The notes below the pieces were generated by a model. That model was given only the letters and a program-made list of their open reading frames with translations, had not been told where the DNA came from and made no database searches. From NCBI GenBank assembly GCA_964636085.1, contig CAZWPQ010000024.1:1-34105 (forward strand): a stretch of DNA of 34,105 nucleotides, in the 5' to 3' direction. Position numbers and translations under genes: made by a program. Origin of the DNA: an uncultured Nitrososphaerota archaeon (lineage in GTDB: Archaea; Asgardarchaeota; Njordarchaeia; Njordarchaeales; Panguiarchaeaceae). Of this stretch, positions 27,107 through 34,105 are shown piece by piece. The first letter of the stretch is position 1. Every line of letters begins with the position of its first letter.

Positions 27107-27811
27107 TTAGCCTAGAAGAGCATTATATATTCTTGCAAGCTCGATACCGGTGGTTCTATTACCTACAAGGAGTCCCTTATCATTGGCTATGCATCCGCTC
27201 CTAACTATTGGATTACCCATATTTATCGTTGCCACGATCGCTCTACTCTTCGAAAAACCGAAAAACTTCCTGATTTCCTCTATTTCTTCTTCCTTGAAGA
27301 GAGGCGAGAATACTATTCCATTACTATTTACGACTATGTAGCTGGCTAGAGCATCGGTGAATTCAATATTAACAGGACATATTTCGATGCCAAGTGTATC
27401 CTCTATTTTTTCTAGTGTAGCCCTGTTTTGTCGATAAATTTTGCTATGAATAACCCCCCTATCTTCATTAATAAGCAAGATATTGCCTAGGGCATTGCTA
27501 TATATTCCATAGAACCTAACTTTCTCTACGTTAACATCCAATCTCTCCTTTAGAGCCTTAACCTCGTGATCATACGTTTCAAAGGGAACAATAACACCAT
27601 TAGAGCTGGCAACGATCAAACACCCAACAATGTCCTCACCATATATCCGCTGGACTATCACTTCTGTGTTTAATGTCCTTGCTATGTCCTCTTTTACTTG
27701 AGGTCTAAACCCCTCACCAATTATCGTAAACCTATTGGTAGATGCTATAAACGCCCCAATGTTCCATGTTCCCATGTAATCAATCATGGCATATCTTTGA
27801 ATTGCTTGCAT
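27107..27811 (-). CDS. eif6: Translation initiation factor aIF6
   Basis: NIGAF, ALGNILLINE, TINMGNPIVRSGCIANDKGLLVG..TTGIEL. Confidence 0.93.
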   Translation of the reverse strand: MQAIQRYAMIDYMGTWNIGAFIASTNRFTIIGEGFRPQVKEDIARTLNTEVIVQRIYGEDIVGCLIVASSNGVIVPFETYDHEVKALKERLDVNVEKVRFYGIYSNALGNILLINEDRGVIHSKIYRQNRATLEKIEDTLGIEICPVNIEFTDALASYIVVNSNGIVFSPLFKEEEIEEIRKFFGFSKSRAIVATINMGNPIVRSGCIANDKGLLVGNRTTGIELARIYNALLG

Positions 27812-27914
27812 GAATTCACCAAACACTAAACTGCGAGTTCTTTCCTATAGATTAACTATATATCTTTTTATTTTGCATGTTAAAATCCATAGCTTTTGGG
27901 TGCTTGGTGATAAA

Positions 27915-28418
27915 ATGACAAGAGGGCTCTTTATTGGGAGATTCCAACCCTTTCACAATGGACACGAATATGCTCTAAAACTCATATTAGAGGAGTGTGA
28001 TGAGGTAATTGTAGCGATTGGATCCACACAAAAAAATTTTACATTAGACAATCCACTCACGTGTGGGGAGCGTATAGATATGTTATGGAGATATTTCAAG
28101 AGGCGTAAGATACTAGACAGAACGATTATCTGTGCTATTCCTGACATTAATAATAACTTCATATGGCCCAGACATGTTCTATCCCTTGCCCCAAAATTCG
28201 ATATTGTATATTCAGGTAATGAACTCGTTCTCCTCCTTTTTCAACAAGCAGGAATCCCAGTTAAAAGGATTGTGGAAATAAATAAAGAACACTTATCTGG
28301 CACCGTTATAAGACAACTAATACTGGAAAATAAAGAATGGAGACATCTTGTGCCAAGTATTGTGGCATCATTCCTTGATGAGATAGGCTTCGAAGAAAGA
28401 TTGAGATCACTAGCCTAG
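27915..28418 (+). CDS. nadM: Nicotinamide-nucleotide adenylyltransferase
   Basis: FIGRFQPFHNGH, NPLTCGER, SGTVIR; ATG after GGTGA. Confidence 0.93.
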   Translation: MTRGLFIGRFQPFHNGHEYALKLILEECDEVIVAIGSTQKNFTLDNPLTCGERIDMLWRYFKRRKILDRTIICAIPDINNNFIWPRHVLSLAPKFDIVYSGNELVLLLFQQAGIPVKRIVEINKEHLSGTVIRQLILENKEWRHLVPSIVASFLDEIGFEERLRSLA

Positions 28419-28521
28419 GCCTATGGAACTAAGAGCTATTAAATCCGTCTTTTGTATATTTCATAGTTTTAATATCACAATCATATTTTTAGGAATAGTT
28501 AGTTCATTTCCCGTGATCTCG

Positions 28522-29370
28522 ATGCCCGACTGTACACTTATGATCAGATATAACAACCATTATGAGTTCTACATAAAAGGTACCGATGTGCATGTTATGA
28601 ACGCTATAAGGAGGGTTATATTAAGCGAAACTGTTACACTGGCCATCCATGATGTTTTTATCACACAAAACACATCCGTAATGCCAGATGAGGTTCTATC
28701 ACAGAGACTAGGTCTAATTCCTCTAAGAGTGGACCCAGAAGAGATTGATTTGAGGGAGGAAGCAAAGGCCACCAAACCCGATCTGAAACGTCTAACCGGA
28801 ATGACTGCTAGGTTCCGATTGCACGTTATTAACACCAGTGAAAATGACATCATAACAGTATATTCGGGGGATCTAATACCCGTAGATAGAAAAAGTGTGA
28901 GACCCGTATACAACAATATCCCTATCGTTAAACTTGGTCGCAATCAAGAAATTGAATTGGAATGTATAGCTAAGGTTGGAAGAGGGAAGGATCATGCAAA
29001 ATGGTCGCCGGTCTCCACAATTGCCTATAAGATCATGCCCGTAATCGATGTTGCTGACACATGTAACTCCTGTGGCGAATGCATCGATGCTTGTCCATTC
29101 CATTGTCTCAGAATGGAACTTGGAAAACCAGTTCTTAGGGGTATTGGCATATATGACTGTACATTATGCAGAATATGCGTTCGATCCTGCCCACAGAGAG
29201 CCCTGAGTATAGAACCAAGTAATAATAGTTATATCCTCCGCATAGACTTGATAGGACAACTTACAATCCAAGAACTTCTCGAACAAACAAAACTAATATT
29301 TGAGTCCAAGCTAGATGACCTTATAAATAGAATTGAGGAAGCACTCAAGGAAACAACCGCGAATCAGTAG
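28522..29370 (+). CDS. rpoD: DNA-directed RNA polymerase subunit D (Rpo3) with ferredoxin-like domain
   Basis: NAIRR, NTSVMPDEVLSQRLGLIP, IPIVKL, GKDHAKWSP; two CxxCxxCxxxCP motifs. Confidence 0.95.
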   Translation: MPDCTLMIRYNNHYEFYIKGTDVHVMNAIRRVILSETVTLAIHDVFITQNTSVMPDEVLSQRLGLIPLRVDPEEIDLREEAKATKPDLKRLTGMTARFRLHVINTSENDIITVYSGDLIPVDRKSVRPVYNNIPIVKLGRNQEIELECIAKVGRGKDHAKWSPVSTIAYKIMPVIDVADTCNSCGECIDACPFHCLRMELGKPVLRGIGIYDCTLCRICVRSCPQRALSIEPSNNSYILRIDLIGQLTIQELLEQTKLIFESKLDDLINRIEEALKETTANQ

Positions 29371-29375
29371 TGTGC

Positions 29376-30074
29376 CTAGGGCTTGAATATTTTTCTGATT
29401 CTTCTCTCCTCTATGTATCTTCCTCTCCTAAAGATTTCTCTTAGTCTAGAAACAACACTGTCATATCTATAGCAATCTTGGTACCCCTCTAAAAATTTGT
29501 TCATAAAATCATTGTAGTGTGTGTAGTGGAATACTTCAAGTCCTCTACTAAATACTCTCAAATCCATAGCATAATCTTCTGGATCATCAGACTTGTAGAC
29601 GTATCCTAGTCCAAAATCGATAACAAATAAACCGGCATGTCGAGAGAATAAGATGTTTGATGTGGTGAAGTCTCCATGAATTATTCCGCCATTATGCAGT
29701 CTAGCTAATAACGATCCAGCCTTTCTCATTAAACTTAGTGATTCATCTGTTCGTCCTTCCATTTCTAGTTGATGTATGTAATCTCTTAAAAGTACCCCCT
29801 CGATATACTCCATGATTATTGTGCATTGCTTCAAATCCACATCGAAAACAAAGGGGGTTAGAACCCCCACATGTTTAGCCAATACTAAGAGTTTTGCCTC
29901 TCGTCTAGTCCTTAGCATCCTCAATTTCATATCAAGTTTAGGGTGTCTATATGGTTTGGGATGTCGGACTTTTTTAATTGCAGGTAAGGACATATATGTG
30001 CCCACATAAAGAGTCGCCTCTGCACCCTTAGAGAGGAGCTTCCAGTTAGAGTTGCATAGCCTATTATTTGACAT
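29376..30074 (-). CDS. bud32: KEOPS kinase Bud32
   Basis: KGAEA, KPYRHPKLD, RTRREA, IHGDFTTSN, IDFGL, RGRY. Confidence 0.93.
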   Translation of the reverse strand: MSNNRLCNSNWKLLSKGAEATLYVGTYMSLPAIKKVRHPKPYRHPKLDMKLRMLRTRREAKLLVLAKHVGVLTPFVFDVDLKQCTIIMEYIEGVLLRDYIHQLEMEGRTDESLSLMRKAGSLLARLHNGGIIHGDFTTSNILFSRHAGLFVIDFGLGYVYKSDDPEDYAMDLRVFSRGLEVFHYTHYNDFMNKFLEGYQDCYRYDSVVSRLREIFRRGRYIEERRIRKIFKP

Positions 30075-30075
30075 A

Positions 30076-31149
30076 TTACTCGACACCTATTTTGAACCGC
30101 AGGAGTGCAATTATGCCTCCAAAGTTTTTTATCTTATCGTGTAGCGGATGGCTTCTAGATATAATTCTTACGGGACATTTAATACTATCCGCTTTTTCCA
30201 ATATTATTAATGCTCTACCTCTTATCTCATTATCTGGATTGTTGATAATCTCTATATTGACTAATACCTTACGGGCCGCCCCCCATTCTACAGCCTTTTC
30301 TACAGCATCTAACCCGTATGCCACCAATCCATCCCCTTTACCGAGATGCATTAGAAATTCCTCATAGTCTTGCACGTCTTTCGCTATTAGCATATTCTCA
30401 GTTATTTTTAGAGCCGAGCCTCTTCGCAGAATCTCATATATGCCCGATTCTGTACCAGAGCTGGCTTGATCTACAACTATTTGGACGTCTATACGTACTG
30501 TTTTGGCTAAATAATTTGCAAATTCGTTTTTTATTATTCCTGGCCCCGCAATAATTATTCCAGCAATTCTTTCTGTATTTCTAATGACTTCTAAAATAAC
30601 GTCGGTAATTGTTTTAAAGAATGCATTTTTGAGAGCTTTTTCTTGATTTGAGCCCTTATAGGCTATATTCTGGTAAATGGATCTAACGACCCTAAGGCCT
30701 GAACTATATAGTACCGCCACCGTCGCTTCGTCCCTTTCTATGGCTACCAATATTATGGGGTTTATTTTGGATAATAAATCCGCTTCCTTAAGAATTTTCA
30801 TATCGGCTTGAATAAGCCCTTCCTTCTTCTTTACTTTAATCTTCATGTGAGGTTTTATTTGAATAGTATGATACGAGCCTATGGATACATATTTTTCCGG
30901 CCCAGATACAATTCGCCCAGTAACCCTTAGTGCCTCCTGAAACTCATGAAATCCGATTCTCTCTACCTCGATTACCAATCTCATTTTTATCCTTTCGCTC
31001 TCTCCACTCTCGAATTTAACCTTCCTTGTTGTATTGGCCTCTAACAGATCGCCAGGTCTGATAAAGTTTGATAATACAAATAGATCATTTACATTCTCTA
31101 CTTGTAGTTCAATTATGCCATTTTTTTCATCGATATCTATTATGTTCAT
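30076..31149 (-). CDS. pelA: Pelota/Dom34 ribosome rescue factor
   Basis: NDLFVL..IRPGD, TTRKV, LRVTGRI, GSYHT, AGPG, VAYG, FGGIIALLRF. Confidence 0.94.
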   Translation of the reverse strand: MNIIDIDEKNGIIELQVENVNDLFVLSNFIRPGDLLEANTTRKVKFESGESERIKMRLVIEVERIGFHEFQEALRVTGRIVSGPEKYVSIGSYHTIQIKPHMKIKVKKKEGLIQADMKILKEADLLSKINPIILVAIERDEATVAVLYSSGLRVVRSIYQNIAYKGSNQEKALKNAFFKTITDVILEVIRNTERIAGIIIAGPGIIKNEFANYLAKTVRIDVQIVVDQASSGTESGIYEILRRGSALKITENMLIAKDVQDYEEFLMHLGKGDGLVAYGLDAVEKAVEWGAARKVLVNIEIINNPDNEIRGRALIILEKADSIKCPVRIISRSHPLHDKIKNFGGIIALLRFKIGVE

Positions 31150-31152
31150 CTT

Positions 31153-31758
31153 CTACTCAACATATATTCCCTGCCGCCTTATATAACTAACTACTTGATC
31201 CACTATATACTCGCATCTCCTTTTTTCTGTCGCCATTACAAATGCATCTTCTCCATCGGCATAGTAGTGTGGTACTCTTGCTACTATATCATAGTTAAAC
31301 TTGAAGTAAAGGTTCTGAGCGGGTTTGTTGGATACCCTTACCTCAAGAAAAATTTCATCACAACCCATCATGAACATGGCGTCCATCGATAGAGCCAATA
31401 GAGCGGACGCTATTCCCCTCCTCCTATACCCTTTTAGAACACCTAGACTGAATACATGGCCTTTCTTAACATTTCGGTTATAAAAGAATGACCTAGCGTT
31501 TTCTTCAATTTTGTTCATACAATAGCCTATAACTTGTCCAGATGATTTATCTATAGCGACGAAAAATATGTCCCTGAATACTCTAAACATGGAAAGAAAA
31601 AGATACTCACTGTAGTTCTCAGGTAGGGTTTTTCTATTTACGTATATCACCCCCCCAATGTCCTCAAATCTGCATTTCCTTATTAGTAAGTTGTCTAAAT
31701 TGAACTGAAAGCTTGGAATCGATAACCCCATCACGGTCACTATCCCCCTAAAAACCAT
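31153..31758 (-). CDS. N-alpha-acetyltransferase (Ard1/RimI family)
   Basis: TLPENY, KKGHVFSLGV..YRRRGIA, LEVRVSN, YYADGEDA; exact start uncertain. Confidence 0.9.
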   Translation of the reverse strand: MVFRGIVTVMGLSIPSFQFNLDNLLIRKCRFEDIGGVIYVNRKTLPENYSEYLFLSMFRVFRDIFFVAIDKSSGQVIGYCMNKIEENARSFFYNRNVKKGHVFSLGVLKGYRRRGIASALLALSMDAMFMMGCDEIFLEVRVSNKPAQNLYFKFNYDIVARVPHYYADGEDAFVMATEKRRCEYIVDQVVSYIRRQGIYVE

Positions 31759-31830
31759 GGTTATTTGTTATTTATCTCTTCTAATTATTGTATCTATTCT
31801 CTATTATTGTGTGATTAATGAGTGTATAAA

Positions 31831-32127
31831 ATGGATATAGTAGAACTCTTCGCGACAAACCTACAAGTCAGAATATTAAAGCTGTTCCTCGAACATCCAT
31901 CTAAGCTATATTCATGTGCCTTACTAGCCAGAGTCCTCAACTCGTCACCATCAGCTGTTATTTATCGACTAAGACACCTACTAAAACTCGGCATTATCAA
32001 AGTTATAAGCATCAGTAGAATGAAGCTATATAAACTGGACACCGAAAACAAAATAGCACAGATACTCCTAGATTTCTATACAAAGTTAAAGGCCATAGCC
32101 GAGACTAGTCAGGATAGACAACAGTAG
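31831..32127 (+). CDS. Winged helix-turn-helix protein
   Basis: RILKLF...LARVLNSSPSAVIYRLRHLLKLGII..RMKLYKL. Confidence 0.8.
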   Translation: MDIVELFATNLQVRILKLFLEHPSKLYSCALLARVLNSSPSAVIYRLRHLLKLGIIKVISISRMKLYKLDTENKIAQILLDFYTKLKAIAETSQDRQQ

Positions 32128-32842
32128 CCAAATCCTCGATATCGTGGACATTCTCTCTTAACACATACTCGACCACTTTTTTAGCGATCTCAATTTTTCG
32201 GCCATTAAAAACTATACAAATAATCTTGGATCTCTCCAAAATTTTAAGGGATTGCATGTCGAATAATCTATATGTCCCTGCTTTGTGCTTAGACACTTTA
32301 AACTGCTCCATTAATTCTGATATACCTATACTACGGTATCTAATAGCATCGGGAAATTTTTTAGGATCCTTGGAATATATGCCGTCAACATCAGTGGCCA
32401 CAAGCATATACTTAGATCCTACCGCCTCCGCTACCTCTGATGCAACTCCCACAGTAGACTGGCCCGGAATAAACCCGCCACAAACGACTATGTTATAAAG
32501 ACTTATAAGCTCTGCAACCTCAAATGGATTCGTAGGAATGCGCTGAGCCACCTTGAGTGTTTTATTTTTGGTTCTAAGGGCCCCAAGTACTAACATAGCA
32601 TTAAGTCTTGATACATGTATACCGATCGTATCACAAAAGAATTCACTCAAGTTGAGGTCTCTAGCCCAGTCTATATATTTCCTAGCTAGCTTACCTCCCC
32701 CCACAACTATTGCCAACTTACACTTACTTGACGCCCCTAGGATTAAATCTACCCATGTCGACATTAGGGTAATATCCAAGTTTTCATTTTTGAATAATAT
32801 AGAGCCCCCTACCTTTATAACAAGTTTGCCTCGAGCACTCAA
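32105..32842 (-). CDS. pyrH: Uridylate kinase
   Basis: VIKVGGS, VVGGGKLARKYI, PGQST, TDVDGIYSKDPKK. Confidence 0.94.
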   Translation of the reverse strand: MSARGKLVIKVGGSILFKNENLDITLMSTWVDLILGASSKCKLAIVVGGGKLARKYIDWARDLNLSEFFCDTIGIHVSRLNAMLVLGALRTKNKTLKVAQRIPTNPFEVAELISLYNIVVCGGFIPGQSTVGVASEVAEAVGSKYMLVATDVDGIYSKDPKKFPDAIRYRSIGISELMEQFKVSKHKAGTYRLFDMQSLKILERSKIICIVFNGRKIEIAKKVVEYVLRENVHDIEDLATVVYPD

Positions 32843-32879
32843 CTGTAACTCCCAAGAGTTTTAAAGCACATAATAACTT

Positions 32880-33092
32880 CTATTCTTCATATTCTTCTTC
32901 TATCCCATATGCCGCGCGCTGGAGTCTGGTTGCTGGGCCACGTATATCATATAGCTCCATTTCATACCTTTTTAATGCCAATCGTACAGCGTACCTAATA
33001 AATTCAGACCGTGAAATAAATACGCCCTTAGAGCAAAGCTTATCGATAAGATCGAGCATCCAATCAGGGAGCCTGATACTAATAACCTTCAT
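32880..33092 (-). CDS. Ribbon-helix-helix (CopG/CdrS-like) transcriptional regulator
   Basis: MKVISIRLP..LDLIDKL..GVFISRSEFIRYAVR. Confidence 0.88.
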   Translation of the reverse strand: MKVISIRLPDWMLDLIDKLCSKGVFISRSEFIRYAVRLALKRYEMELYDIRGPATRLQRAAYGIEEEYEE

Positions 33093-33110
33093 GACCCACA
33101 CCATATTCTG

Positions 33111-33135
33111 TTACACTCTCGTAATATATGTGTAA
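33111..33135. promoter_or_regulatory. Inverted repeat TTACAC-N13-GTGTAA, candidate RHH operator
   Basis: Lies between a minus-strand TATA-like element (about 33144-33153) and the RHH start. Confidence 0.4.
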
Positions 33136-33306
33136 AACGTTTAATATATAAATCTTGCTATTACTTCAAGCACATCCCGATATATTCACCATATACCAGA
33201 ATAATCGGTCCAAGAATGATACTCGCTACCTACAGACGATACAAAACTTAAAAAAATTTAAATTTTTCCATATTAAATTTAGTAATGATTTCAATACAAA
33301 TCCCAT

Positions 33307-33396
33307 GGCGCCGATGGAGTAGAGGTAGCTCGAGGGACTGTGGACACAACGGCAGCAATCCCTAGGTCGCGGGTTCAAGTCCCGCTCGGCGCCCCA
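33307..33396 (+). tRNA. tRNA-His(GTG) with encoded G-1, C73 and CCA, and a 14-nt intron at 37/38 (33344-33357)
   Basis: G-GCGCCGA/TCGGCGC-C-CCA; AGGGA-CT-GTG-G|intron|A-TCCCT; central helix CTGT/GCAG. Confidence 0.93.
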
Positions 33397-33529
33397 TCTT
33401 CTTTAAACCCCACACATTGTTATATCCAAAGAGTCTTAGCATAGTATTTTGAGGAGCGATATTTGTTTATTACTTTTTAAGGCCAAATTAATAGTGTCTC
33501 TATAGTACTTAATGAGGGGGTGAATTGAT

Positions 33530-33904
33530 TTGTCCTATGTTGATTGGCAAGCCCCTGAATCATTGATGAAGGAGGCAGTTGAATTGGTAGCAAAGATAAC
33601 AGAGGCCGAAGGAAAAATCAGAAAAGGTGTAAACGAGGTCACTAAGGCTGTGGAGAGAGAACTAGCAAAACTTGTTCTAATAGCTATGGATGTCAATCCC
33701 CCTGAAATCGTCATGCATCTACCACCTCTCTGCAAGGAAAAGAATATACCGTATATCTTTACTAAGTCCAAGGATGAACTCGGTAAGGCTGCTGGCATAC
33801 AGAGACCTGCAAGCAGCGTGGCTATTATTGATCCAGGAACGTTGTCTAAGGAGTTGGAGGATCTCATAAAAAAGATCAATGAAGCTAGACTTGGAAAAGG
33901 ATAG
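33530..33904 (+). CDS. rpl7ae: 50S ribosomal protein eL8 (L7Ae)
   Basis: GKIRKGVNEVTKAVER, DVNPPEIVMHLPPLCKEKNIPY; TTG start after GGGGTGA. Confidence 0.97.
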   Translation: MSYVDWQAPESLMKEAVELVAKITEAEGKIRKGVNEVTKAVERELAKLVLIAMDVNPPEIVMHLPPLCKEKNIPYIFTKSKDELGKAAGIQRPASSVAIIDPGTLSKELEDLIKKINEARLGKG

Positions 33905-33914
33905 GTGAATTCAA

Positions 33915-34105
33915 ACGTCATCTGAAGAGGAAAGAAGAAGAATAGCAGAGGCTGAAGCACTCATAGAGAGTTATAGTGAAAAGGAACTTGAAGAGATAGT
34001 CAGAACTATCGGCATGCCTTGTATTGTCGAGTGGATCGATCCTGAGAGGTATGGGCGCGCAGGAGAGGTTATTCGTGTGAGATGCCGTATCATGGCTGGT
34101 AAAGA
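33915..34105 (+). CDS. rps28e: 30S ribosomal protein eS28, truncated by the window end; probable ACG start
   Basis: PCIVEWIDPERYGRAGEVIRVRCRIMAGK matches eS28; conserved L7Ae-S28e order; absent from the ORF track. Confidence 0.8.

Noticed and set aside
27810-28521. Long N-terminal extensions of NMNAT and RpoD in the ORF track
   Set aside because: Extensions run through AT-rich promoter DNA; downstream ATGs at 27915 and 28522 follow SD-like sites and match family starts
187-33960. Many antisense and alternative-frame ORFs in the supplied track (e.g. 187-543, 7086-7424, 15050-15478, 25634-26125, 33535-33960)
   Set aside because: They shadow well-supported conserved genes and have no motifs or SD sites
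1-34105. CRISPR arrays, IS elements, integrases, att-site duplications of tRNA 3' ends, split tRNA halves, Sec/Pyl readthrough
   Set aside because: None seen by eye: no periodic repeats, transposase or integrase motifs, duplicated tRNA ends, or conserved genes interrupted by in-frame stops

Overview
A gene-dense, AT-rich archaeal housekeeping region with GGTGA-type Shine-Dalgarno sites. A Rab-like small GTPase, a ribophorin I (OST1)-like protein and an EMC6-like membrane protein suggest an Asgard or Asgard-related, probably thermophilic archaeon (inference). There are about 37 CDSs: scattered ribosomal proteins (eL20, eL33, eS8, eL40, uS11, uS3, uL29, uL2, eL8/L7Ae, eS28), translation and tRNA factors (Rqc2/NEMF, TsaC, Bud32, pelota, aIF6, ValRS, CCA enzyme, Rpp29, Rpp30, YchF, DRG-like GTPase), RpoD, CarS, SRP19, NMNAT and PyrH. 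Six tRNA genes are present, four with very short introns. No mobile element or CRISPR array was seen. The signals missed by the ORF track are mostly in RNA and initiation: (i) a tRNA-Ala(UGC) with A3:U70 in place of the near-universal G3:U70 identity pair; (ii) minimal 10-14 nt tRNA introns, one in the D-arm; (iii) one clear and one candidate box C/D guide RNA, one abutting a nucleotidyltransferase start codon and one inside a tRNA cluster; (iv) two essential genes (Rpp29, eS28) that appear to start at ATA and ACG; (v) an EMC6-like/Rab head-to-head pair and two PRC-barrel-like proteins of unknown function. All product calls come from motif recognition by eye; no searches were run.
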